From NCBI GenBank assembly GCA_012517195.1, contig JAAYVK010000064.1, positions 1,460 through 65,459 of the forward strand: DNA of 64,000 bases, given 5' to 3'. Below are positions 1 through 9,037 of the stretch, piece after piece. Under the pieces are notes generated by a model. That model saw only the letters and a program-made list of their open reading frames with translations. It was not told the origin of the DNA and did no database searches. The stretch's first letter is position 1; every line of letters starts with the position of its first letter. This DNA comes from Synergistaceae bacterium (GTDB lineage Bacteria > Synergistota > Synergistia > Synergistales > 79-D21). Made by a program: the position numbers and the translations under genes.

Positions 1-656
1 CCTCCGATCACAAGGGTATCCACCTTTTCAAGGAGGTGACCGATCACCCCGATCTTGTCGGAGACCTTCGCGCCCCCGAGGATCAGGATGAACGGGCGTT
101 TTGGATGATCCCGCACCTGCCCGAGGATTTCGACCTCCCGGCAGAGGAGGATCCCTGCGTAGGACGGCAAAAATGCGGTGATTCCCGCCGTTGAAGCGTG
201 AGCCCGGTGTGCTGCGCTAAAGGCATCCATGACGAAGGCATCAAAAGGAACCGCCAGTGCTTTGGCAAAGCTGGGATCGTTTTTTTCCTCCTCGGGATGG
301 AAACGGACATTTTCAAGAACCAAAATCGACCCCGGCCTGGCTTCCGCAACGGCACCGGCTACGAGAGGCCCCATGCATTCATCGACGAATCCGACGTCCC
401 AGCCCGTCAGTTCGGCGAGCCGATAGGCCACCGGCCGGAGGGAGAACTCCGGGGAAACTTTGCCTTTCGGTCGGCCCAGGTGGGAGATCAGGCTGATTCT
501 TGCCCCCGCCTCCCTGAGTCGGCGAATTGTGTCAAGGTGGGCGCGAATCCGGGTATCGTCCGAAACGGCTCCATCGCGCAGGGGGACGTTGAAGTCGACC
601 CTGACGAGGACCCTCTTCCCTTCCAGTCCAGTTTCGGGCAGGCCCTTCAACTTCAT
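1..656 (-). CDS. pgk: phosphoglycerate kinase, N-terminal ~218 codons (3' end runs off the left window edge, so it is absent from the ORF track)
   Basis: Hand translation from ATG at 656-654: MKLKGLPETGLEGKRVLVRVDFNVPL...ISHLGRPKGK...LENVRFHPEEEKNDP...DAFSAAHRAHAS. These are classic PGK motifs. Starts 2 nt after the gap stop. Confidence 0.9.
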   Translation of the reverse strand, partial: MKLKGLPETGLEGKRVLVRVDFNVPLRDGAVSDDTRIRAHLDTIRRLREAGARISLISHLGRPKGKVSPEFSLRPVAYRLAELTGWDVGFVDECMGPLVAGAVAEARPGSILVLENVRFHPEEEKNDPSFAKALAVPFDAFVMDAFSAAHRAHASTAGITAFLPSYAGILLCREVEILGQVRDHPKRPFILILGGAKVSDKIGVIGHLLEKVDTLVIG

Positions 657-658
657 CG

Positions 659-1678
659 CTACAGCCCCCTCCTGGCCACGAGGTTGGCCAGGTCCACAAC
701 CCGGCAGCTGTATCCCCATTCGTTGTCATACCAGGAGAGAACTTTTGCCAGGTTCCCGACAACCATCGTCTGGGAGGGATCAAAGAGAGACGAGGCGGAA
801 TTCCCCGTGAAATCGACGGAAACAAGCTCCTCATCGACAACGGAAAGGATCCCTTTCATTGGTCCTTCCGCCCAGCGGGCCACCGCTGCGTTGATCTCTT
901 CAGGGCTGGCTTCCCGCTTGAGGACCGCCGTCAGATCGACGATCGAAACGTCCGGGGTTGGTACACGTAGCGCGATCCCGTTCATCTTGCCTTTCAGATC
1001 CGGGATTACCCGCCCGATGGCCTTGGCCGCACCGGTGGTTGTCGGGACGATCGACATGGCGGCCGAACGGCCCCGCCGCCGATCTTTGTGAGTGTGATCG
1101 AGGATACTCTGATCGCTCGTATAGGCGTGAGCGGTCGTCATTAGCCCCTTCTCGATCCCGAACTCTTCGTGAAGGACCTTCGCCACCGGGGCCAGGCAGT
1201 TCGTCGTGCAGGAGGCACACGAAAGAACGTGGTGATTTTCCGGGTCGTAATCCCCTTCGTTGACTCCTATCACGACCGTGCAGTCGTCGTCTTTCCCCGG
1301 TGCCGTGATGATGACCTTTTTGGCGCCCGCTTTCAGGTGGAGGCCCGCACCGGCCTTATCCCGAAATTTACCCGTCGCCTCGATGACGATATCCACCCCG
1401 ATGGACCTCCAGTCAAGCTTTTCCGGATCGGCTTGCGCCAGCACTTTGACGGGCGTCCCGTCAATCACGATGGAGTCCCCTTCAACCTGGACGTTCCCGG
1501 GAAAGGTTCGATGCACCGAATCGTACTTGAAAAGGTATGCCAGATCCTCGATGGGAACCGGTTTGTGGTTGATTGCTGCAACCTCCACCTGTCCTTCGTG
1601 CCGGTACTGGAACAGGGCCCTCAGCGTGAGGCGGCCGATCCTTCCGAAACCGCTGATTCCCAGCCTGATTTTTGCCAT
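659..1678 (-). CDS. gap: glyceraldehyde-3-phosphate dehydrogenase (type I)
   Basis: MAKIRLGISGFGRIGRL N-terminus and the SCTTNCLAP active-site motif. ORF-track ORF 659..1780 trimmed to the ATG at 1678, which has SD AGGGGAGGGGAG upstream. Confidence 0.93.
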   Translation of the reverse strand: MAKIRLGISGFGRIGRLTLRALFQYRHEGQVEVAAINHKPVPIEDLAYLFKYDSVHRTFPGNVQVEGDSIVIDGTPVKVLAQADPEKLDWRSIGVDIVIEATGKFRDKAGAGLHLKAGAKKVIITAPGKDDDCTVVIGVNEGDYDPENHHVLSCASCTTNCLAPVAKVLHEEFGIEKGLMTTAHAYTSDQSILDHTHKDRRRGRSAAMSIVPTTTGAAKAIGRVIPDLKGKMNGIALRVPTPDVSIVDLTAVLKREASPEEINAAVARWAEGPMKGILSVVDEELVSVDFTGNSASSLFDPSQTMVVGNLAKVLSWYDNEWGYSCRVVDLANLVARRGL

Positions 1679-1734
1679 TTTGCTCCCCTCCCCTTTCTTG
1701 CCGTTCCTCATTCGGATTGCACAGGATTCATACG

Positions 1735-1763
1735 AAAAGGGTATAGCCTCGGCCATACCCCTT
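1735..1763 (-). terminator. terminator-like hairpin (8-bp GC/AU stem, 6-nt loop, U4) in the gap leader. May end the upstream 29-kb array and/or attenuate gap transcription.
   Basis: Minus strand GGGGTATGG-ccgagg-CTATACCC followed by TTTT. Lies between the predicted gap promoter and the gap RBS. Confidence 0.4.
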
Positions 1764-1780
1764 CTTTTGATTCCTATCAA

Positions 1781-1809
1781 ATTTTAATCCGTTCCGCCCG
1801 GTAAATCAA
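1781..1809 (-). promoter_or_regulatory. sigma-70-type promoter candidate for gap-pgk
   Basis: Minus strand TTGATT (1809-1804), 17-nt spacer, TAAAAT (1786-1781). Located in the 159-nt gap after the debranching-enzyme stop. Confidence 0.5.
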
Positions 1810-1837
1810 GGAAGGTTTTCCTCTCCAGGTTACAGGC

Positions 1838-3802
1838 TCACCGCTGCTGCAGCAGGAGGTCTTCCTCCATGACCCGCAGGATTTCCCCCATGCTCGCGGC
1901 GCTCAGGACGTCTCCATGAGGAAGATAGGGCATGCTCCCGTCGAACACCTCGGCGATCCCCCCGAGGCATCCCTGTCTCAGGTGAGCCGTGAACGGCCGG
2001 ATGAAGCACCAGGCGATATCGCTCCTTTTCGGGTTAAACCGCATGTAGGCCGTCACAAATTGCCCCAAAAGCCAGGGCCAGGCCATCCCTCGGTAGCGGG
2101 CCTTCTCTTTCTGATCGAGTCTCCCCTCGAACCTTCCCTTGTATTTGTCGTGACGGGGATCGAGAGTCCTAAGACCGTAAGTGGTCACGAGCTCGTTCCA
2201 GCAAACTTCCACAACCGATCTTCCGATCTCCGGGGGAAGCGGTGAACTCGGGAGAGAAACAGCCAGGATCTGGTTCGGACGGATCACGTCATCCTTCCTC
2301 TCCCCATCAACGGAATCGAACAGGAAGCCGCCTTCCGGATTCCAGAAAGCCTGGATAAACGCTTCCCTTGTCCGATCCGCCTGTTTCCCGTACTTTTCCG
2401 ATTCTTCCGGCAGGCCTAGCCCATCCGCGAACCGCTCCATGGCCCGCAAGGCGTTGTACCACAGGGCATTGAATTCAACGAGCTTCCCGCTTCGGATCAC
2501 GACGGGGCTGCCGTTCACGGCACCCTCCATCCAGTGCCGCTCCGGTTCGGGTTTCTCGAGGACGAGGAGGTCATCCTCGCAATGCAGGTCGAGGACCCGA
2601 ATTTCCGTTCCATAACGGGAAATCATCTCAACCAGGATTTCCCAGTTCTTTTCCACAAATTCCAGGGACCCCGTCCGCTCGGTCAGTTTTTCCAGCGCAT
2701 AGAAGAACCAGAGACCTGCATCCGCGGCTTTCACAAGGGCGTGGCCTGTGGAAGGATCAATTTCGCTCGGCATGACCGAATCGTTGAGGCGGGCCAGTTC
2801 GAGCCAACGATTGAGAATTTCCTCGGCGTCGCGGTACCGTCCCAGTGAGAGGGTAAGCCCCGGAAGGGCAATAAAGGTGTCCCGCGCCCGTTCGCAAAGG
2901 GATGGATACCCGGAGAACAGGGTCGTCCCCCGGTCCTTCCCAGAGGCAAACAGGTGGAGCGCCGTCCGCGTCAGGTCCCTCACCGCGGAGGACTGCCCGG
3001 CGGGTTCGAGCTTGCCGAAACGGCTTTGCTGGTTTGCAATCGCCTCTTTCTCGAAAACCTCGATTTGCTCGACGGAAGGATGGAAAGGTTCGGCGGAGAA
3101 AACCAGGTAGGCAGTCTCCCCTTCCGCCATCTCGATCGAAAGAGCGCCCGGCGACCAAAGATCCTCGGTCGAGGGAGCGGTGATCTCATCTTTCTCATAA
3201 AGGAGATGGTCATGCCAGAATGCCTTGGAGTGCCACTCGCCCTTGGAGTAAGAAAGAAAACTGCTCATTCCACGGCCGTTCACGAGAATCCCGTTAGCGG
3301 CATAATCCGCGTGGAAGGAGTCTTCCGTTGATTTTGGCCGGACATCTGTATACAGGCGATGGGCGAAAAGAGGCCGCGCCTCCAGCTGGATCCGGTCCGG
3401 GCTTGCCAAAAGCTCATACTTCACAATGCAGGCGTCCCTGCCTTCTGGCATGAACACCGTTTTCCTCATGAGCAGGCTATGCACGACAAAAAGGATGCTG
3501 GGCAGGGGGTTGGAATGGAATTCCTGGATGTAGCGAAACCCGTCGGGGAAGATGACATCCTTGTAGCGATTGGTGGAAAGTTGATACTTCTTGCCCCTGG
3601 TAAAAAGAGTCTCCTCCACTTTACTGACAAGGACCCTGTGCTGGGCGCAATCCCGGGGCCGGACGACCAGAAGCCCGTGTTCCCTTCTTGTATTCGATCC
3701 CGCGACCGTCGAGAAGCAATAGCTCCCGCAGCCGTTGGAAACGAGATACTCGCGCCCGGCCCCCTTTTCGTAGGTGTTGACATCAGCTTTCCCAAGGTAC
3801 AT
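1838..3802 (-). CDS. glycogen debranching enzyme / amylo-alpha-1,6-glucosidase family protein
   Basis: ~650-aa protein with the N-terminal GCGSYCFSTVAGSNTRREHGLLV region and the C-terminal (alpha/alpha)6-type region (GLRTLDP..., WPWLLGQF) typical of bacterial/archaeal GDE_C proteins. Start moved to the second ATG (3802) for better SD spacing (GAAGGGGG). Confidence 0.8.
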   Translation of the reverse strand: MYLGKADVNTYEKGAGREYLVSNGCGSYCFSTVAGSNTRREHGLLVVRPRDCAQHRVLVSKVEETLFTRGKKYQLSTNRYKDVIFPDGFRYIQEFHSNPLPSILFVVHSLLMRKTVFMPEGRDACIVKYELLASPDRIQLEARPLFAHRLYTDVRPKSTEDSFHADYAANGILVNGRGMSSFLSYSKGEWHSKAFWHDHLLYEKDEITAPSTEDLWSPGALSIEMAEGETAYLVFSAEPFHPSVEQIEVFEKEAIANQQSRFGKLEPAGQSSAVRDLTRTALHLFASGKDRGTTLFSGYPSLCERARDTFIALPGLTLSLGRYRDAEEILNRWLELARLNDSVMPSEIDPSTGHALVKAADAGLWFFYALEKLTERTGSLEFVEKNWEILVEMISRYGTEIRVLDLHCEDDLLVLEKPEPERHWMEGAVNGSPVVIRSGKLVEFNALWYNALRAMERFADGLGLPEESEKYGKQADRTREAFIQAFWNPEGGFLFDSVDGERKDDVIRPNQILAVSLPSSPLPPEIGRSVVEVCWNELVTTYGLRTLDPRHDKYKGRFEGRLDQKEKARYRGMAWPWLLGQFVTAYMRFNPKRSDIAWCFIRPFTAHLRQGCLGGIAEVFDGSMPYLPHGDVLSAASMGEILRVMEEDLLLQQR

Positions 3803-4706
3803 GGCAACCATCCCCCTTCACGGTGTTCTCCAAAAGTCTCCCCAAGCGGCTCCATCTATATTCTACTGTACTTTTCGTCACGGGTCTTGAAAGCATCTGC
3901 CCCAGCTCGCGAAGGGATGCACTGGGATTTTCGAGCCTTGCCTTTACAAGTTCCCGGTAGGAAGGTGCCAGTCGGTCAAACAGGCCGGCGGAAAGAACCT
4001 GCTCGGCCAGTTCCACCTGCCTTTCGGCCGCATCCAGGCTTTTCCGGATGTTCGCCGAATCGCAGTTGACCAGTTTGTTCGCCCTGTTCCTCATGGACCG
4101 CATCAGGGACCTTTCCTCGAGGGCCAGGCTGGTCCCGAAGAGCCCGAGGCCCGAAAGAAAAGCGACAATCTGAGCCTGATCCCGGATCAGCAGGTCGGTA
4201 TGGAAAGAACGAAAACGCTCGGTGTAGCGGATTCCCGAAAGATTCAGCAGGGCCGCGGCTTTTTCTTCGATCGGCCGTTTCTTCTGTTCGAACCGGAACA
4301 CCAGGTAATAGCCTGTCTGGGGAAGATAAAGGGCCCCCAGTCCCCCCCAGATCCCCCTCAGCCAGGCCCATCTCACTGATGGGGAGCCTTCGTGCAGCAA
4401 GCAGAGGATCCCCTGGGCTTTTTCGATCATGAATTGCGGGACCTCGAGCGCCAGGTGCCCCTTGAGGTCCGGAGGGAATCTCAGGAAAGATCCCAGCTCC
4501 CCGAACTCCTTCCAGGTCCCCGCATTCCAAAGGCGATGCAGGCGCCTGAAGAGGAACAGACGCCTGGAGGAAAGGGCCGTTCTGCCCTTCTCTTCCTTTC
4601 CTTTCATGGAGAGGATCAGGGCACCGGTTTCGGCGTCCGCCTCCCTCTTTCCGTTTACTGGAGCCGTCAGCCATTCATCCCATAACTTTTCCGCAATCGC
4701 GCTCAT
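3783..4706 (-). CDS. whiA: sporulation/cell-division regulator WhiA (degenerate LAGLIDADG plus C-terminal HTH)
   Basis: ~300-aa protein with a C-terminal HTH region (ENPSASLRELGQMLSRPVTKSTVEYRW). Conserved rapZ-yvcK-whiA synteny. ATGA overlap with the yvcK stop. Confidence 0.85.
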   Translation of the reverse strand: MSAIAEKLWDEWLTAPVNGKREADAETGALILSMKGKEEKGRTALSSRRLFLFRRLHRLWNAGTWKEFGELGSFLRFPPDLKGHLALEVPQFMIEKAQGILCLLHEGSPSVRWAWLRGIWGGLGALYLPQTGYYLVFRFEQKKRPIEEKAAALLNLSGIRYTERFRSFHTDLLIRDQAQIVAFLSGLGLFGTSLALEERSLMRSMRNRANKLVNCDSANIRKSLDAAERQVELAEQVLSAGLFDRLAPSYRELVKARLENPSASLRELGQMLSRPVTKSTVEYRWSRLGRLLENTVKGDGCHVPWES

Positions 4707-5818
4707 CTTCCGAGATCTTTCGCCTCGCGGGCCACTTTCATGATCGCTTCCGAAACCCTCTGGGTCTGATGCCGGACGAGCCCTTCCGGGGTGATTTCAA
4801 GAAAATCCCCGCGAATCACCTGGACTTTCGCCTTTGCCAGGCGAATCTCCTCCCGTTCCCTCAGGATCACGGGCTCCGATCCCGTTTCCCGGTAACGCTG
4901 CAGGATCTCTTTCGGCGCTTCCGTTTCATTGACCATGACAATATCGGGGTACTGCCCGAGGACTTCCTTGATCCACCGCACATGGTCATAAACCGAAAAC
5001 CCGTCTGTTTCCCCCGGCTGAGTCATCACGTTCGCCACGTAGATTTTCGGTGCTTCGGCCCGTCGAATCGCCTCTGCCACCCCCTGCACGAGCAGGTTTG
5101 GAAGAATGCTGGTGAACAGGCTCCCTGGACCCAGCACGATCACCTCGGCCTCCCGGATGGACTCCACCACTTCCTGCAGAGGCCTGGCGTCCGACGGCTC
5201 AAGATGGACCTCGGTGAGCTCACGGCCATGACGGGCCACATCCAGTTCTCCACGGTATCGGTTCCCCTTGGCATCCACTCCGGCGATCGTCACGGCCTCC
5301 GTTGTCACAGGCAGGACCCTTCCCCGGATCGCGAGGAGCTTGTTCATCTCTTCTACGGCCAGGCGGAAATCCCCTGCCAGTTCCGTCGCCGCCAACAGCA
5401 CCAGGTTGCCCAGGCTATGGCCTGCGAGTTCCCCCTTGTTGAAGCGGAAGCTCAGGATCCGGTTCAATGCGCTGTCGTTCTCAGCCAAAGCGATGATACA
5501 GTTACGAACATCTCCTGGCGGCAGGACGCCCCATTCCGTCCGGAGGCGACCGGAACTGCCCCCTTCGTCCGTCACCGTGACAATGGCTGTGATATTCCGG
5601 GTGTAAGCTTTCAAACCCTTCAGAAGGGTGGAAAGTCCAGTGCCCCCGCCGAGAGCGACAACGCGTGGCCCTGCCGCCAGGCGGAAACCGATGGCGCTGG
5701 ACATGATTTCGGCAAGTCCCCGTCGATTCCGGATTGAACGACGCATCCAGAGCATCACGGCGAATCCGCCGATCAAAATTCCAATCGCAAAAGGCGTTAA
5801 CCACTCCATGTTTACCAT
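4703..5818 (-). CDS. yvcK: YvcK/CofD-family gluconeogenesis/morphology factor with a predicted N-terminal TM helix
   Basis: GGGTGLSTLLKGLK motif and CofD-like fold signature. Start set at ATG 5818 (SD GGGAG, ATGGTAA overlap with the rapZ stop) rather than the ORF-track 5932. Confidence 0.85.
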   Translation of the reverse strand: MVNMEWLTPFAIGILIGGFAVMLWMRRSIRNRRGLAEIMSSAIGFRLAAGPRVVALGGGTGLSTLLKGLKAYTRNITAIVTVTDEGGSSGRLRTEWGVLPPGDVRNCIIALAENDSALNRILSFRFNKGELAGHSLGNLVLLAATELAGDFRLAVEEMNKLLAIRGRVLPVTTEAVTIAGVDAKGNRYRGELDVARHGRELTEVHLEPSDARPLQEVVESIREAEVIVLGPGSLFTSILPNLLVQGVAEAIRRAEAPKIYVANVMTQPGETDGFSVYDHVRWIKEVLGQYPDIVMVNETEAPKEILQRYRETGSEPVILREREEIRLAKAKVQVIRGDFLEITPEGLVRHQTQRVSEAIMKVAREAKDLGR

Positions 5819-6705
5819 GTCTGCTCCCTGTCGATATCCCGGTGCCGGACAACGCAGGAAACGCCCGTTTGCTCCAGTCTGGAGGCGAACCACTCCACGA
5901 CGGCAACCGAACGGTGCCTGCCCCCTGTACACCCGACCGCAATGTGGATCTGTGTTTTTCCCGTCCCTTCGTACAGGGGGAAGAGGAATTCGAAGAGTTC
6001 CTTCTGTTTCGACAAAAACTCGACCGCCGCGGGAGATGCCTTGAGAATATACTCGACAACCGCAGGATCCTTCCCGCTCAGGGCTCGCAGTCCGGCTTCA
6101 TAATAGGGATTGGATAGGAACCGGACATCCACGAGGTAATCACAATCCTGAGGAATTCCATGTTTGTAGCCGAAGGAGGTCAAAAAAACGGTCAGGCGTC
6201 CCGGAGGAGTTCCGAGGCTCTCGAGAACACGCCCCCTCAATTCGGAAAGGTTCGATCCCGTTGTATCCAGGACCACGTCAGAGGCCTCCCTGATCGGAGC
6301 CAGGCTTTCCCGCTCCCTCTGGATGCCCTCCAGCGTCGAAAGATCGGGACCCAGTGGATGGCGCCTCCTCGTGCATTCGAACCGCCGGATCAGGGCCGAA
6401 TCCGACGCATCCATGAAGAGCAGCGTAACACTCGTCAGCCTTCGCCTGAGCCCCTCCAGCACCGCTTCCAGGTCCCTGAGGAGATCGTCACCGCGGATAT
6501 CCACCACCGCAGCCACTCCGTGAAGGACAGCCGCGCGGTGTTTCCCCAGGACCTCGACAAGCTGTGGCAAAAGAGACGGAGGAATGTTGTCGATAGCAAA
6601 AAAGCCCTGATCTTCCAGGATGTGGAGTGCAGTGGACTTCCCTCCCCCAGACATCCCGGTGATGATCACGATCTTGTCAACGAAGGAACCCGATGTCTCC
6701 GGCAT
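5812..6705 (-). CDS. rapZ: RNase adapter / nucleotide-binding protein RapZ (YvcJ)
   Basis: Walker A ITGMSGGGKSTAL near the N-terminus, ~295 aa, C-terminal GCTGGRHRSV motif. Synteny with yvcK and whiA. Confidence 0.9.
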   Translation of the reverse strand: MPETSGSFVDKIVIITGMSGGGKSTALHILEDQGFFAIDNIPPSLLPQLVEVLGKHRAAVLHGVAAVVDIRGDDLLRDLEAVLEGLRRRLTSVTLLFMDASDSALIRRFECTRRRHPLGPDLSTLEGIQRERESLAPIREASDVVLDTTGSNLSELRGRVLESLGTPPGRLTVFLTSFGYKHGIPQDCDYLVDVRFLSNPYYEAGLRALSGKDPAVVEYILKASPAAVEFLSKQKELFEFLFPLYEGTGKTQIHIAVGCTGGRHRSVAVVEWFASRLEQTGVSCVVRHRDIDREQTW

Positions 6706-6718
6706 GGGGACTCCTCTT

Positions 6719-7552
6719 CTAAGGGTGAGAATGCCCGTGAACCGCGCAATCCCCTTCCCAGCCGTTCAGGATATCTAGGGCATGGCGCAAAACCCCTCCG
6801 ATGGCCTCGTAACACTGACGTGCCCCTCTTTCGCTGCCGGGGAAAGAGATCAAGAGGCAGCTGCCTCTTGTGACGGCGATTGCACGGCTGAGGATCGAGC
6901 GGTCAAACAGGGGTTCAGTTTTCCTCCGCATCGCTTCCCCGAAACCCGGGACGATCCTGTCCGCCACGTCCTGGAGGGCCTCGGGGGTGACATCCCTGCT
7001 GGAAAGCCCCGTGCCGCCGGTGACGAGAACAAGATGGAGCTTTTCCCTGTCAGACCAGTCCCGGAGTGTTTCTGCGATCAAAACCCGATCGTCCGGAACA
7101 ATGGCCCGCCTGGAAACCACCGCCCCGATCGGAGTGACCAATTCTTCCAGGGCGGGACCGGCCGTATCCTTCCTTTCCCCCCGGCTTCCCTTGTCGCTGA
7201 CGGTGAGAACCCCCACTTTGACCGGCCTGAGAAGGGCAGCCTTCTGGGAAAGAGACAAAAAACCTCCCCTGACCGGCTTGAGTTTGAAAGAAGTTTCGAA
7301 CGGCTCCTCGATCAAAAGGACCGGCCCGTCCTTTTCGAAAGCGACGAAATGTCCTTCTTCCATCGGGCAATCGGAAGAGAACAGGATTTGCCATTGCCCT
7401 TCTTTCAGCCTTTCAGGAAAACCGGGGCCAGAGCCGAAAATCTCGGCCGGCTTCCCGTTCACCCTGCACTCTCCCTTGCTCCCCAGGTGAAGGTAGAGCA
7501 TCGAAAGCCCGTCCGCCTTGTTTACCCCTTCCACGATTCCGATGACCCGCAT
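6719..7552 (-). CDS. MogA/MoaB-family molybdopterin adenylyltransferase domain (C-terminal ~165 aa) fused to an unrecognised ~110-aa N-terminal domain
   Basis: C-terminal half has VGVLTVSDKGS...VLVTGGTGLSSRDVTPEA, typical of MogA/MoaB. I do not recognise the N-terminal half. Confidence 0.7.
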   Translation of the reverse strand: MRVIGIVEGVNKADGLSMLYLHLGSKGECRVNGKPAEIFGSGPGFPERLKEGQWQILFSSDCPMEEGHFVAFEKDGPVLLIEEPFETSFKLKPVRGGFLSLSQKAALLRPVKVGVLTVSDKGSRGERKDTAGPALEELVTPIGAVVSRRAIVPDDRVLIAETLRDWSDREKLHLVLVTGGTGLSSRDVTPEALQDVADRIVPGFGEAMRRKTEPLFDRSILSRAIAVTRGSCLLISFPGSERGARQCYEAIGGVLRHALDILNGWEGDCAVHGHSHP

Positions 7553-7555
7553 CCT

Positions 7556-8041
7556 TCACACTCCTTCGGGAACCCGGTATTCTCCGCTTTTCCCACCCTT
7601 TTTCATGAGGAGGCGGATGCCCCGGATTTCAATTCCCTTATCTAGAGCCTTGCACATGTCATAGACGGTCAGCGCGGCAACGGAAACGCCCGTCAAGGCC
7701 TCCATTTCCACACCGGTAACCTCCCGGGCCTTCACATGACACTCCACGCGGACCGCTTTCCGTTCCAGGACAAGCTGGCAGCGAACGGTCGCCTGATCCA
7801 GGCGGATCCCGTGACACAACGGAATCAGGGAAGCCGTCTGTTTGGCCCCCTGAATTCCGGCAAGCTCGGCAATTTTCAGGACGTCTCCCTTCTGGACCTG
7901 GTTTTTCAGGATCGCGTTGAAGACGCGTTCCGGCAGATGGACCCAGCCTTCCGCTACGGCTTCCCTGTCGGTTTCGGGCTTTCCGGAAACGTCGACCATC
8001 ACTGGGTGTCCTTCTCTATCCAGGTGTGTCAGCTCTCCCAT
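7556..8041 (-). CDS. moaC: cyclic pyranopterin monophosphate synthase MoaC
   Basis: 161 aa. LTHLD...MVDVS.K and LIPLCH motifs. Confidence 0.92.
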   Translation of the reverse strand: MGELTHLDREGHPVMVDVSGKPETDREAVAEGWVHLPERVFNAILKNQVQKGDVLKIAELAGIQGAKQTASLIPLCHGIRLDQATVRCQLVLERKAVRVECHVKAREVTGVEMEALTGVSVAALTVYDMCKALDKGIEIRGIRLLMKKGGKSGEYRVPEGV

Positions 8042-8044
8042 CCG

Positions 8045-9037
8045 TCATCCTCCAATCTGGGACATATGCCTGGAAGAAACAGAAGCGTCCTTCCAGCACT
8101 TCGGCTTTCTACCCGCTTCCGCGACGATCAGTCCGCGGACCGTTTCCAGGTCTTTTGCCCGTAGCGCCTCCCTCAGGGAAACCCCTTCGGGGCTGAAAAG
8201 GCAGCTTCGAAGTTCTCCTGTGGCGGTGATTCTCAATCGGTTGCAAGTTTCACAGAAGTGATGCCCCACGGCAGCAATGATGCCCAGGCGCTGTCCTGTT
8301 TCCGCATGAACCAGGTACCGGGCCGGGCCTTCGGGAATCCCGTGATTCGGACTCCTCCGGGCTGTTGATTCCGGGATCCACTTTCCGCGGTCCGGAAGCG
8401 ACTCGAGAATCTCGTCCGCAGAGATGAATCGATCCCGGCTCCAGACGGAATCATCCAGCGGCATGAATTCGATCAGCCGAAGGACGGCTCCGCAGGATCC
8501 GGCAAAATTGAGTAGATCCGGGATTTCCGCATCGTTGAATCCACGCATCAGGACCGTGTTGATCTTCAGGGGAACACGGGATCTTTCCCGGAAGGCGAGG
8601 ATGCCCTGCAGGACAACGTCAAGCGAACCGCAGCGGGTCAGGAACCTGAATTTTTCCGCATCCATGGAATCCAGGCTGACATTGAGACCCGCCAGGGGGA
8701 TCGAGGAGAGTTCCTCTGCCATCGAAAGCAGGAGGGATCCGTTCGTCGTCAGGGCCACATGCAGAGTCGGGATTTCCTCGTGAAGGCGCCGAAGAAAGCC
8801 GGTCAGGCCTTTCCTGACGGTCGGCTCCCCTCCGGTTATCCGGATTTTCCTGACTCCCATCTCGTGAAGCACTCGGCTAAGGACCAACAGATCCTCATAC
8901 GTCAGAATCCTGTCGTGTTCGAGCCAGTCGACCCCCTCTTCCGGCATGCAATAGCGGCACCGGTAATTGCAACGATCCGTCACCGAGATCCTCACGTAAT
9001 CAAGCCTCCGGTTAAAAGAACCCATCAATCCGGCCAT
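8045..9037 (-). CDS. moaA: GTP 3',8-cyclase MoaA (radical SAM)
   Basis: YVRISVTDRCNYRCRYCMP radical-SAM cluster motif and the C-terminal C..C cluster region. SD GGAGGA 5 nt before the ATG. Confidence 0.92.
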   Translation of the reverse strand: MAGLMGSFNRRLDYVRISVTDRCNYRCRYCMPEEGVDWLEHDRILTYEDLLVLSRVLHEMGVRKIRITGGEPTVRKGLTGFLRRLHEEIPTLHVALTTNGSLLLSMAEELSSIPLAGLNVSLDSMDAEKFRFLTRCGSLDVVLQGILAFRERSRVPLKINTVLMRGFNDAEIPDLLNFAGSCGAVLRLIEFMPLDDSVWSRDRFISADEILESLPDRGKWIPESTARRSPNHGIPEGPARYLVHAETGQRLGIIAAVGHHFCETCNRLRITATGELRSCLFSPEGVSLREALRAKDLETVRGLIVAEAGRKPKCWKDASVSSRHMSQIGG

